This document shows, piece by piece, positions 49,101-55,719 of a stretch of 55,720 nt of DNA. How positions within the stretch are numbered: position 1 is the stretch's first letter; every line of letters begins with the position of its first letter. The notes beneath the pieces are model-generated. The model searched no databases, was not told the origin of the DNA, and was given only the letters and a program-made list of their open reading frames with translations. The translations under genes were made by a program, and so were the position numbers. Source of the DNA: a virus (Duplodnaviria; Caudoviricetes); IMG/VR virus record IMGVR_UViG_3300037498_000121, positions 1-55,720 of that record; one strand, 5' to 3'.

Positions 49101-52100
49101 CGTCTTTGAGGACCGACGGGTTGCCCGATCCACTGACATCGAAGCCTGTGTACCCCCCGGCCATTAGAGAGTTGCCACTGTTCTGCCGAACGTACAGCGT
49201 GTACAACCCGAAGAGCGCAGCGTCTGGGATCAAAGCCGTAGGGTTCTTCACATGCAGCGCGTCGAAAGTCCCTCCAGCTCCCTTGGCCAGAATGGGGTTG
49301 GTGCTTGGGTTACTCTTGGTCCAGGAGATCCCATCGGACGAATAGGCATAGCCTACTTGGTAGTTCGTGTTGTTGTACCCGGTGTAAAACATGCGCAGTG
49401 TCGCGCCGTCGACAACTACACATGGCATGTTTACGCCATATTGATCGAAGTACCCCGAAGTGCCGACGGCCAGAACAGCGTCGCCAGAGTTCTGCCGAGT
49501 CCAGACGAGGCCGTCTGGAGATGTCGCGTAGCCAATCGTCCAGACCCCTCCCGCGGACACGCCCCCGTACCACATGCGATAAGCGGATCCGTCTTTGACT
49601 ACCCAGCACCCAGCCACCTGAGCCGCATCAAACTTGCCTGTCTCTCCAAGGCCCAAGACCGCCTCGGACCCGTTCTGAATCGCCCAGGTGATCCCGTTGG
49701 CCGAAGTCGCATGGTAAATTCTGGAAACCGAGCTGACCGTACCAGTGAACCACATCTTGTACGTGCCTGAATCGTTGATGACACACGGAGCAGTGATTGG
49801 CATGGCCGGAAAGCCAGTGGGGTTGTGTGCGAATACAGCGTTGCCGCTGTTTGCTCGCTCCAGGGCGGTCAGGTCGTTGAGCAGGCTGTAGCCAATTCTC
49901 CACTTCAATCCGTCGTAGCCGGAGTACCACATCTTGTGTACTCCGCCGTCTACCAGCCAAACCGGAGCACCGATATGGACATCGTCAAACTTGTCGGCAA
50001 TACCCAGATACATGAAGGCATTGTCAAGACCGTTGTTTTGCTTGGTCCAAGTCGTGCCATTGGTCGATGTCGCGTAGCCAATCTTGGCGTTATTCGCAGA
50101 ATCGTCCCCTCGATAGAGCATTCGATAAAGCGTACCGTCGAGTATCACACTGGGATCCCGCACGGCCATATAGTCGAACTTGGTACTGGCACCGACGTCG
50201 AGAACGGCATTGGCCGAATTCTGTTTGGTCCAGGCGATTCCATTCGCGCTAGTAGCGTAACCGATTCGCCTCTTGGAGTCTGAAACTTTGACCCCCGTAA
50301 AGAACATTCGATACGTTGCCCCGTCTTTGAACACGCAGCATTGCCCAAGGCTCAGCTCGTCAAACTTGCCGCTGGTCCCGAGATCGAGCACGGCATCGCC
50401 AGAGTTCTGCCGGGTCCAGACGAGACCATCGGGAGAGGTCGCGTATCCAATCTTGTAGACTCCGCTGACCTGGCCGCCGACGTACCACATCTTGTATGTG
50501 CCACCGTCGTTGATGACCCAGCAGGACGTGATCGAGTAGTCGTCGAACTTGCCCCCGGCGCCCACGCCCAGGACCGGTTGTCTGTTGTTCTGCTTGGTCC
50601 AGACGATGCCGTCTGTCGACGTGGCGTAACCAATCTTGTACCGAGGGCTGGAGTAACCGGCGTACCACATCTTGTAGGTGCCTGCGTCGTTGATGATGCT
50701 AGACGAATACACCTGCTCGGCATCGAACGGAGCCGTACCGAGATCGAGCACGGCATTGCCACTGTTCTTTCGCTCGAACGCGGTCAGGTCTCCCATTACG
50801 CCGTAACCGACCCGCCAATTGGTTGCGTCGAATCCGGCGTACCACACCCAATACGTCGTTCCGTCAAACACAATAGAAGGTGAACCCACGTCAGATACGT
50901 CAAACTTGCCTACAGCCCCTACGGTAGAAATAGCATTGGCAGTGTTCTCGCGATTCCAGACAATCCCATCTGCACTGGTCGCATAGCCAAACCGATCAAT
51001 GCTCCCATTGTACCCGCAGTAAAGCATCTTGTAGACGCTACCGACTTTCACTACGCTGGGATCGCTCACCGAGTTGGCGTCGAACTTTCCACCGACTCCG
51101 AGATCGAGAACGGCATTTTCAGAGTATTGCTTAACCCAGGTAATGCCATCGGAACTGGTGGCGTACCCAATGCGCAGCTTGGAGTCTGAGTTCTTCAGAC
51201 CCGTAAACCACATCTTGTAGATAGCCCCGTCTTTGATGACGCAAAGCGAGCCTAGACTCTTATCGTCGAACTTGCCGCTTGTGCCGAGATCCAGAACCGG
51301 ATCGCCCAGGTTCTGACGTGACCAGACAATGCCGTCTATCGACGTGGCGTAACCGATCTTGTAATTCCCGGCTGCCTGGCAACCGGCGTACCACATTTTG
51401 TACGTCACATCCTTGATGACCGAACAGTAACCAATGGACGCGTCGTCGAACTTGCCAGCGACTCCGACGCCAAATACCTTGCGTTCGTTGTTCTGCTTGG
51501 CCCAAGTAATCCCGTCTTCACTGGTGGCGTACCCGACCATAGACAGGATGCCATCAGACCCGATATACCACATCTTGAAGACGTCACTATCGAGAATGAC
51601 CGAAGGGGCCGCGGCCCCGACCGAATCGAATCCAGTACCCCCGACATCGATCACTGGATTGCCACTGTTCTGTTTGAGCCAAGTAAGGCGATCACTCGAC
51701 ATGGCCAAGCCCACGCGGTTCTTATCACCGTCGTTCCCACTATAAAAGAGCTTGAGGGTTCCTCCGTCGTTGATGACGCTAGGCTCGTATACGAACTCGT
51801 TGTCGAACTTGCCAGGTGCCCCTGCAGACAGAACGGGCAAGCCCTTGTTCTGTCGGACCATGTCTATATTGCCGATGTTGAAATCGGCGCCACCATCGTC
51901 ATGCTGGATGTCCACGTGCTTGGTACTGGCATCGAACTCGTAGCTCTTGCCCTCAGCTTCAGTGTTCACCAACCGGGGCCCACCGATCATGTCCATCGGG
52001 TATCCGGTAACGTCGTCCGAAGTCTGTGTCCCGATGGGGTCCTTCTCGAAGTTGCACAGGAATGTGGGAATGTGGTTGAGGGGTATATCTTTGGAAATCT

Positions 52101-54153
52101 TGTTCGCCACCAGGTTTGTTTTTTCAGAAGTCGAGGCTTCCAGAATTAGCGAAGCAAAGTCTCCGCGCTTTTCCGTCACCCACGTGGTGGGCATGGCGAC
52201 TGCGTCTGTCCCTTCAACGTAACCGCTGACCGCGTCTCCCTCTTCGAGCTGAACCTCGTAAATGGCCACCGCGTCCTGGTCCAGGCCGAGATACGATAAG
52301 TCACTGGAAGCTGTCGCGCTCAAAAAAACCTTGTAGGTCTCCGTTGGGTCAAGCAACTCCACTGCCTGGGATACCCAAAAGAACCCATTCCCATCCGGCT
52401 CTATTTTTGAGCCGCACCCACCGACCCTAGTTCCCACAGACCCATGCCCCACCAGATGAAACAGCGAGTACTGCTTGACAGCGTCTGTGCCAACTGGCAA
52501 CGAGAACCAGTCTCGCCCCAGGGGTTTGACTTTGACTGATAGCGTATACTTGCCTGGAGCCAGAACGGGCAGGACCTGGTCGATGTTGTGCTCTGCGGTG
52601 CTGTCGTCTTCATGAAGCACAAACGCGCCCGTACCGCCGTCAGGATCTAAGCCCCCGTAAGCAGCAACCGTACCGTTATTCTTCGCCCAGTCGCTATGCG
52701 TGAACAGATTGGTGCGCTTCAAGACGTTCTTGATGCGTCCTTCGCTGCCAATTCGCATCTCGTCAACGGGGGTACTGATTATCGTCCCATCAGACTTGTA
52801 AACATTCGCAGGGGCTGCTCGACTGAAATCGAGATGGGAGATCACCCGATTCTGGGAACCGTGTTTGATCCCGGTAAGCAGATCCTCTTCTCGCGCCTGC
52901 CGAACCGAATTCAGCGCCGCGGTATCGATTCGCAGATAAACCATGTAGCCCTTGAACAGATTGCTGGGCCCGCTGCGCGCTCCAACGTAAAGTCCTGCGC
53001 CTGGCGATACCCCGAACCCCGCCACGCTCTTCATCTCGGCCATCTTGTTGTTTACGGTTAAAGTCGCGATGTCGTCTTTGCGGATCAGAACAATCCGATT
53101 CACAGCCCCAACGTGAATCGCCCCAGTCAGGGTCACGCTCGTCGTGTTGTAGTACGTCGCATTGATGGTCCCCTCGGCGATATCGTACCAAAACTCAAAA
53201 CCGCGATCCGGCCCCGCGGCGTAACAAGACAGCAAGCGAGATCCGCTATCGGCATCGACATGCACAATCCCGCTCACCGTATGATCGCGCGTGAACAGCG
53301 TTGGGTCAGGCAGAGCGTTCACCCCGAAGAACTGGTCAATGCCGTTGAACCCTCGTCCCTGCAGATACGCACTTCGCGTGCCCGGGATAGCCGTGATCAC
53401 TGTCGGGGGATTTCCGTAGGCAGTCAGATTGATTTTCGGTTTGACGACGCTGAGCGTCTTCACGTACCTGGGCATGTGCCCCATCGATTTCGCGACCCCG
53501 GTGATCTCCACGAAATGCACCCGGGTCACCGCGATAGCGTTCACCCCGCCGCCAGTGTAGATGTGCAGGTTGTTCTGCTTGGCTCCACAAATGCGAATAT
53601 CGTAATCAGCCGAGTGCGTCGCCTCAAACTCCAACACCACTTTCTGCCAACCATGAGGCGCCCGGTAACAGCTTCTCAGCTTGATAACGCTTCCAGAAAG
53701 ATTCGCCCCGAATACCCCAGTCACGAGATTGAGGTAGAACCCGTGGTCTACTTCACCAGAGTACAGGTCGGTCACCTTGAGCACTGCCCAGGGCCTGACC
53801 ATCGAATGGATCAACGCGGTCAAGCGATAAGTCTTCCCAGCCGTCAAGCTGGTCTTGAGCTGAGTCACCGCATGCAGCTGTTGCTCTTCGCTGGTGTTCT
53901 CTTTCAGGACGTTGACCGTCCCGGTATTGCCGTCAGGCAAGAGAATAGCGTCGGAGACGATCTCCCCGTTGACCTTGACCCATGGAGTCTGGGTCATATC
54001 CTCGCTGGCCTTGACCTGGTTCTCCCCAGATTGATCAAGCCAGTTGCCGCTAGAGTCAACCGAATCCCCAGCGTACTCACAAAGCGTATTCTCGTTACGG
54101 AGAGTCAGGACTGGGGAGCCCGTGAAATCGATAGACCCTGAGCGCTTGACCAT
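37132..54153 (-). CDS. Giant 5673-aa virion appendage protein: LamG/CBM-like domains plus about 15 five-bladed Asp-box beta-propellers (GH43/32/130-like fold)
   Basis: Uninterrupted 17-kb ORF with GGAG RBS; about 75 repeats of about 61 aa: NSGNAVLxxGxxGKFDxxxVxxPxVIKDGxTYKMWYxG...IGYATSxDGxxWTxQ. Confidence 0.9.
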   Translation of the reverse strand: MVKRSGSIDFTGSPVLTLRNENTLCEYAGDSVDSSGNWLDQSGENQVKASEDMTQTPWVKVNGEIVSDAILLPDGNTGTVNVLKENTSEEQQLHAVTQLKTSLTAGKTYRLTALIHSMVRPWAVLKVTDLYSGEVDHGFYLNLVTGVFGANLSGSVIKLRSCYRAPHGWQKVVLEFEATHSADYDIRICGAKQNNLHIYTGGGVNAIAVTRVHFVEITGVAKSMGHMPRYVKTLSVVKPKINLTAYGNPPTVITAIPGTRSAYLQGRGFNGIDQFFGVNALPDPTLFTRDHTVSGIVHVDADSGSRLLSCYAAGPDRGFEFWYDIAEGTINATYYNTTSVTLTGAIHVGAVNRIVLIRKDDIATLTVNNKMAEMKSVAGFGVSPGAGLYVGARSGPSNLFKGYMVYLRIDTAALNSVRQAREEDLLTGIKHGSQNRVISHLDFSRAAPANVYKSDGTIISTPVDEMRIGSEGRIKNVLKRTNLFTHSDWAKNNGTVAAYGGLDPDGGTGAFVLHEDDSTAEHNIDQVLPVLAPGKYTLSVKVKPLGRDWFSLPVGTDAVKQYSLFHLVGHGSVGTRVGGCGSKIEPDGNGFFWVSQAVELLDPTETYKVFLSATASSDLSYLGLDQDAVAIYEVQLEEGDAVSGYVEGTDAVAMPTTWVTEKRGDFASLILEASTSEKTNLVANKISKDIPLNHIPTFLCNFEKDPIGTQTSDDVTGYPMDMIGGPRLVNTEAEGKSYEFDASTKHVDIQHDDGGADFNIGNIDMVRQNKGLPVLSAGAPGKFDNEFVYEPSVINDGGTLKLFYSGNDGDKNRVGLAMSSDRLTWLKQNSGNPVIDVGGTGFDSVGAAAPSVILDSDVFKMWYIGSDGILSMVGYATSEDGITWAKQNNERKVFGVGVAGKFDDASIGYCSVIKDVTYKMWYAGCQAAGNYKIGYATSIDGIVWSRQNLGDPVLDLGTSGKFDDKSLGSLCVIKDGAIYKMWFTGLKNSDSKLRIGYATSSDGITWVKQYSENAVLDLGVGGKFDANSVSDPSVVKVGSVYKMLYCGYNGSIDRFGYATSADGIVWNRENTANAISTVGAVGKFDVSDVGSPSIVFDGTTYWVWYAGFDATNWRVGYGVMGDLTAFERKNSGNAVLDLGTAPFDAEQVYSSSIINDAGTYKMWYAGYSSPRYKIGYATSTDGIVWTKQNNRQPVLGVGAGGKFDDYSITSCWVINDGGTYKMWYVGGQVSGVYKIGYATSPDGLVWTRQNSGDAVLDLGTSGKFDELSLGQCCVFKDGATYRMFFTGVKVSDSKRRIGYATSANGIAWTKQNSANAVLDVGASTKFDYMAVRDPSVILDGTLYRMLYRGDDSANNAKIGYATSTNGTTWTKQNNGLDNAFMYLGIADKFDDVHIGAPVWLVDGGVHKMWYSGYDGLKWRIGYSLLNDLTALERANSGNAVFAHNPTGFPAMPITAPCVINDSGTYKMWFTGTVSSVSRIYHATSANGITWAIQNGSEAVLGLGETGKFDAAQVAGCWVVKDGSAYRMWYGGVSAGGVWTIGYATSPDGLVWTRQNSGDAVLAVGTSGYFDQYGVNMPCVVVDGATLRMFYTGYNNTNYQVGYAYSSDGISWTKSNPSTNPILAKGAGGTFDALHVKNPTALIPDAALFGLYTLYVRQNSGNSLMAGGYTGFDVSGSGNPSVLKDGATYKMWYTGTDAESSGRIGYATSSDGITWTKQNSGNPVLAYGAGGKFDDAQAAYGSVLKDGATYRMWYAGDAGSGVWTIGYATSSDGIVWTRQNSGNAVLGAGSGGYFDALGVSYPQVILDSGTFRMWYGGKNASGTWQVGYATSSDGISWTRQNSSNAVLLVSGGKFDATHVLPGGVVKDGLTYRMVYAGFDGTNWRNGYANSLDGIVWVKQNSGNAILGIGTGNFDNLFVHQGCLLLDSNTFKYWYGGQDVGGQYKIGYALIGPALLTTPEIVSRENSGNAVFSASGSGGQKYLSSVPRQLTTNIVFDSGVYGFLDNMSVSSPSVVQPADGFSSLYYMWYTGSNGSVSRIFCATSTDGLRWTRANGGAPVLPLGAGGKFDDTQAYTASVVYYNSELHMFYSGCSATGLYRIGYAKSTDGITWTKQNSGNAVLSVGTAGKFDDIHVVYPAVTHDGSLFHMFYIGHEGSYWYGIGHATSSNGVTWTRQNSGNPVYSKITQTGYGFSNFSLVSVAYYNSTYYMWLRAATYSTPYRARLYRMTPTANPNSWTVEAEISSSNVWEMPTGNGSSVLVDTTSSPGNTIWKTWRGGSNKGGCSRIGYHEGATYDAIAPVSKTSALITQFHAQTWDRTQIDWISAAVGPSGEVYVSYRANDGTTGYGGLALSWPLGQPWTENSTLTRPYSHLITVGPVGYYGVTPSGVSIPGDNQINHPTIVFNENTNLWWMFTTAQWWNPSTANWMKAFIAATSPDLINWTRVNNGSYVTTVAYRDDPYIGIGQFAPSVIRDGGYFKMWCRGTGNNGSEVSIVYFYSSNGTSWTRGSTFSILNGYQNANNFDYSEISSASVVKYNGTYYMFYGGYNGNWRIGLATSSDGVSFGKYTVGGYNAAVLNLGAGGSFDDAGVYNPAVWFASGYFHMLYIGWDSEKARIGYATSTNCTTWTKHGMVMDRGIDTSVTMAYGHDSACVVPYQATNSAHIMRLVYLAGINSSSIRRLLVGRITDLAGEIEFENNGQPIFALGAWCTQQFAPSVVRISATQYEMWYTGQGTDGYYRIGRATCSSWAGRSGLDWTDYTAGNPVFDTVGSGSFDYYGACYPSVLRIAAGDYRMWYTGGAGGIGYATSTDGITWARGNGGNAFTILGAAAGFPSVYYNGTYFIMFYSKPHIDGYYSIFYAISLDGLNWGVGNQNQPIVGWGNDPFDNLGYSRSHQTYPCFDGTYLYMSVELSDGAQTGRRTLMNTLVFTSESFDKVGVSNPSIIYDGSTYKMWYQGTNSTKSNIGYATSTDGIVWIRGYGGLPVLETGASGKFDDADLASPSVSKVSSTYYMWYSGKKASDSTWRIGYATSTDGLIWTKQNSGNAVLDKGVGGKFDETGVLYPRVIRDTSTNSWRMWYTGISGAAYRIGYATSTNGTTWTKQSNGDAVLSVGTGWEATNVYASHVVFAGAAQYGMWYTGSDGTNAKVGFATSSDGINWTKDAGNPILTIGGAGKFDVTNAHQVCTVQVGNTYRIWYCGTNVSLVNAIGHAMVVGGVRQNSGNPVLSLGTVAKFDAFSTIVGAVLYDMTYRMWYSGCHSIAQNDYKIGYATSTDGLTWTRQNSGDPVLTVGESTKFDDAQVSLPSIIKDGATYKMWYGGKSVADGLWRIGYATSTDCLTWTRQNSGNAVLGLGAGDKFDAAGVLSPCVIKDGATYRMWYFGDDGSDHKTIGYATSSDGITWTRQNSGDAVLAVGAGGKFDAKYVTNPRVSLIGSTYHMFYTGVDASNVSRVGYAISTDGITWTRQNSGDAVIILGSSGQFDDVGIANVAPVVFGAQMRIWYTGDEGDAVYRIGLIYADFPPATVAYKMVYTGVDAGGTGRLGFATTDLSTCTKVLTNTRVLGLGTAGKFDDTQIGESCLIQEGADYKLWYAGIKSDATKAVGMALFDDNALTAWARQNSSNQVLDLGASGYDTTLLGRPSIIKDGSIYKAWYHAYGTPYGGSAKYLICYATSTDGVTWTKQVNGCPVLYNGVAGKFDADHVTKPSVIKNGATYHMWYTGDGSGNSAIGHATSPDGIVWTRQNSGNAVLQAGVAGKFDDLFVGDASVILDGATYKMWYVGYKTSDNIYRIGYATSTDGDTWTRQNSGNAVVNVGAAGKFDVGGLVCPSVIKDTILGTVYRMIYTGYGEYRIGYATSADGITWVKHGPVVNGSCFDNGSVRWAGQLMLDGTVYKCWNVNSTIIEYFILGKNFVSGLQPLGFCKENSGNAVMVGTAGKFDATYVLYPSVLYEAGTYKMWYAGYEGTGYRIGYATSTDGITWTKQNSGNAVLGFGAAGKFDDAGVYTPCVINVAGTYYMFYTGWDGANYAGIGYATSTNGINWTRQNSGNAIIARVAATWESLHVTGPSVVYHPNGYYYMYYSGHNGTIWTIGLAYTNNLASAWTKYGQVLPAGAGWDSLHVTAPRAILEGTECVLFYGGMSASTWSIGSAHASDMVSFTRSTYNPIATVTAGKFDSAGLLGLSVVHNGSRYVGFYGGYNGTIWAMGMLSSVYGTLQNSPVIDKGPAGKFDGFSIASPTVLVDGTTYRMWYAGCTTAARNTFKIGYAISTDGIAWTKQSSGAPVLTVGAGGEFDQIQVSDPCVVNDAGTYRMWYAGYNGTVWALGYATSTNGTTWTRQNSSNAVLTIGASGKFDDQHVTNPWVIKDGSTWKMWYTGTKVSDGIKRIGYATSSDGITWVKQNGGNAVLDVGAGGMFDAAGVLSCSVFKIDSRYYMVYEGLLATTTKIGYAYSADGITWVRQNSGNYTMTVGASTKFDEKNVSRPAVVQEGFYFRMWYVGQTLDGTLMTRIGLAAIDNMVRQNSANAVLSIVAAAAFDATHVAAPSVIKDGNIYKMWYTGYNDVDYWAIGYATSVDGITWVNQRGNGTRGCVLDVRAGQFDSTFVWQPCVLKDGDVFRMWYTAIDASGHYKIGYAISSDGVNWTYPNGTTPVLTVTPAKFDSARVYMAWVIKDGATFRMWYSGHNGSILQLGYATSSDGISWTKQNSGNPVLITGALGKFDYSHVQSPFVIKEDSIYKMIYSGVNGSTTSWGYATSSDGITWTRQHNEDPVLRFYGTTNFDRSSNQALIWLCGLCVINDNGVYKIWYGGSDGTNHRIGYAQAIGPARQNSGNAVIESQARFDTSNVLCPSIVRDGGYLKMWYAGDSGGGRQIGYASSEDGLAWATYGAAVLSPTLGKFDAGEAAYPYVMKDGLTYRMWYAGYAAGTDWTIGYATSDDGIVWTKQNSGNAVLAQGAEGKFDSVSVYCPQVIKDGATYKMWYSGSNGTNNQVGYATSSDGITWVKQNSGDPVVTVGAGGKFDSSQVFVSGILYDGASYKMLYIGFNGSVFNMGYATSPNGIAWTKQNSGDAVFSFGLSGKFDRYLTSGTGAALLEDDGAFKLWYGGNDGVNGRIGYAVGAGLDRHNSGDPIIDIGTSGGCDSDGIYAPSVIKDGGVYKSWYTAFDGEFYRIAYATSADSINWIKQNAGLPVLVLGDSGKFDDVGHYGSAVIKDDVTYKMWFSGNDGTVHRIGYATSSDGIAWTKQNSGNAVLDLGETGAWDAKEIRVNSVVKHGSLYVMLYTGYPAAGLPAQVGMATSSDGVVWARFGSGAVPFIRANGPGMFDSNAVQSAALVSRGGSPEMFDVFLAGQDEGGKYRIGHAISSLVETDAINHNFSVVALFTAHDAPIGDEALIGKTNDGDNQCGWFAGLTASKKAGMSIATVSPEMGSSCWSPTNSVTPNKMQLLTTTYEFLTNGTSKMRTYLDLNAPGVNNAAVGPLAQNAEDVVIANDADGVRPFNGKLHKVIFLKGVVLTPTEHQNMCTAAKDDGLLPIRIGGSANAKSIQIRVKAKVPFQSSETAEYAVLFEIGGNSGTANATRNRLTVAILADGTISLSFYDNASALHKAVSTPNPVLFNQSHEYRLSLDLENLENSSAMVNLTDVGFFWTGKTGSAECDLQDTFLWIGRDQADNPYTCRVQWVKFEVK

Positions 54154-54220
54154 GTGGCTATCTCCAATGGTAAAAATTCAGATTTCAGTTTAGTCCCATG
54201 ACTGAACATTCGGCCACACA

Positions 54221-54279
54221 GAAAGAGGGGGCGGATGACCAAGACTCAGGCTAATGAAAACTTCGGGTCACCCGCCCCC
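54221..54279 (-). terminator. Long hairpin, probable intrinsic terminator
   Basis: GGGGGCGGGTGACC...GGTCATCCGCCCCC (14 bp, one G-U pair) followed by TCTTTCTGT. Confidence 0.6.
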
Positions 54280-54321
54280 ATATGCTCAGTTACCAAAGAA
54301 CATCTAACTACTTGGAACTAC

Positions 54322-55719
54322 TTACTTCTTGGTCACTTCGCCGACCATGACCAGGAAGTCGTTGGTGTTGATCGCGTACCCGATGCGCCGCACGTAGACC
54401 GCGCCAGAGGGAACGGTGTTCGAGAGCGCGCCGTTGTCGGTCACGAAGTAGGGAGCGCCAGGGACGCCGGTGCCGGCGAAGACTCCGGTCACAACGCCAC
54501 TGAACACGATCGATCCAGCATCCCCTGCTGTGATAGCTGCTGCAGCCACACCGATCGCGGCCGCGGTCAGGGCCGCGTCCTTGTCGGCCTTGAGCACCGT
54601 GTCGGCCGCCGAGATGTAGACCGCGTTGCCCTTGAGGATGCCACCGGCGCCCGCGGTCATCGGGAAACTCACCCGGGTCGCGTCGCCAGCGCCCTTGACG
54701 TACAACTCGTTGCTGCCGTTGACGCCGATGGTCGTGTCGTCCACAACCACCGCGAGACCGTCGGCGCTCAGAGCCAACGCGCCGTCGGTCGCGTCGAGGT
54801 CGAGTTCGATCGCCCCAGCCAAGTCGAATGCCAGACCGCCTGTGCCTACGCCAGTCGTGGCCAGAACCGCACCGAGTCCGTCGGCAGTGAGAGCGAGACC
54901 GGCAGCGGCATTGGGGTTAGCTCGCAATTCCCCGTCCAGATTGAACGCCAAGCCGCCAGTGCCCACGCCAGCCGCTTCGATCACAACCCCGATGCCGTTC
55001 GCATCGACTGCGATACCAGCATTCGCATTGCCGACGGCGTACAGACCGTCTGCGTCTGCAGCCAGACCAGCGTCGGTTTTCAACTTGGTATCGAGTCCGT
55101 CGGTGGTCAGCTGTAGTCCGGGATTGGTGGTCGGAAGCAGAATCCCGATTTCCCCACCTGCGTTGAACTGCAAGCCGCCCGTGCCGGCGCCAGCGGCTTC
55201 CAGCATGACCGCTAGCTCATTGGTATCGAATTCGAGGCCGGACAACGCCTTGATGGACAGCCCGATACCGTCCGCGTCGACGTGGATGGCCTGGGCGATG
55301 TTGACTTCGACTTCCATGGCCCCGGTGCTGCCGTTGAAAATCAGACCCGTGTCGGCCGTGACATTGATCTTGGCGATGCCGATGTTCACTTCCAGACCGA
55401 AGCTGGAATCGAACCCGACTTTACCCTTGGTCCCGCCAGCGGGAGCGCTGGTGGCGTCGGGAACCGACGCCGGTCCCGTGAACTGCACCCAGCCAGTGCC
55501 GGTGTCGAAGGTGAAAGCCATGTTCTCGAACACGCTGCCTTCGCCGCTGACTAGCTCGGCGTCGCCATCCGCGGCAGATGTGAACGTCCAATCATCCGTA
55601 TCGGCATCGTAGATGCCGTACTTGTTTTCCTGGCCGGCGAAATCTGGGCCAGCCGCGCCAGAGGAGATCACGGTCACGCGGGTATTGTCGGGCGGCTCCT
55701 GGGTCACACCGGTCAGGAC
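54322..55719 (-). CDS. Gly/Ala-rich head-fibre / capsid-cement-like protein, 5' end truncated
   Basis: Frame open to the window edge; repeated GL...DGL fibre units, three G-[AV]-GTGGL-x-F motifs, and a C-terminal KGNAVYIS...AIGVA...PGAPYFV...RIGYA decoration-type domain. Confidence 0.75.
   Translation of the reverse strand, partial: VLTGVTQEPPDNTRVTVISSGAAGPDFAGQENKYGIYDADTDDWTFTSAADGDAELVSGEGSVFENMAFTFDTGTGWVQFTGPASVPDATSAPAGGTKGKVGFDSSFGLEVNIGIAKINVTADTGLIFNGSTGAMEVEVNIAQAIHVDADGIGLSIKALSGLEFDTNELAVMLEAAGAGTGGLQFNAGGEIGILLPTTNPGLQLTTDGLDTKLKTDAGLAADADGLYAVGNANAGIAVDANGIGVVIEAAGVGTGGLAFNLDGELRANPNAAAGLALTADGLGAVLATTGVGTGGLAFDLAGAIELDLDATDGALALSADGLAVVVDDTTIGVNGSNELYVKGAGDATRVSFPMTAGAGGILKGNAVYISAADTVLKADKDAALTAAAIGVAAAAITAGDAGSIVFSGVVTGVFAGTGVPGAPYFVTDNGALSNTVPSGAVYVRRIGYAINTNDFLVMVGEVTKK

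Larger units (their letters stand above)
333..53698. repeat. Dispersed over-represented octamer TTCCAGAA/TTCTGGAA
   Basis: At least 64 exact copies by manual scan (48 TTCCAGAA and 16 TTCTGGAA on the + strand), usually extended with more A/T (e.g. TTTCCAGAAAA). Confidence 0.92.

Noticed and set aside
54227-54279. Hammerhead ribozyme (CTAATGA...GAAAAC on the + strand)
   Set aside because: The core is not CUGANGA, and there is no stem II between the two boxes.
1300-55612. Long plus-strand ORFs (e.g. 1300-2379, 10792-11814, 23447-24700, 38038-39381, 53113-54141, 54626-55612)
   Set aside because: Antisense shadows of GC-rich minus-strand genes with no recognisable motifs.
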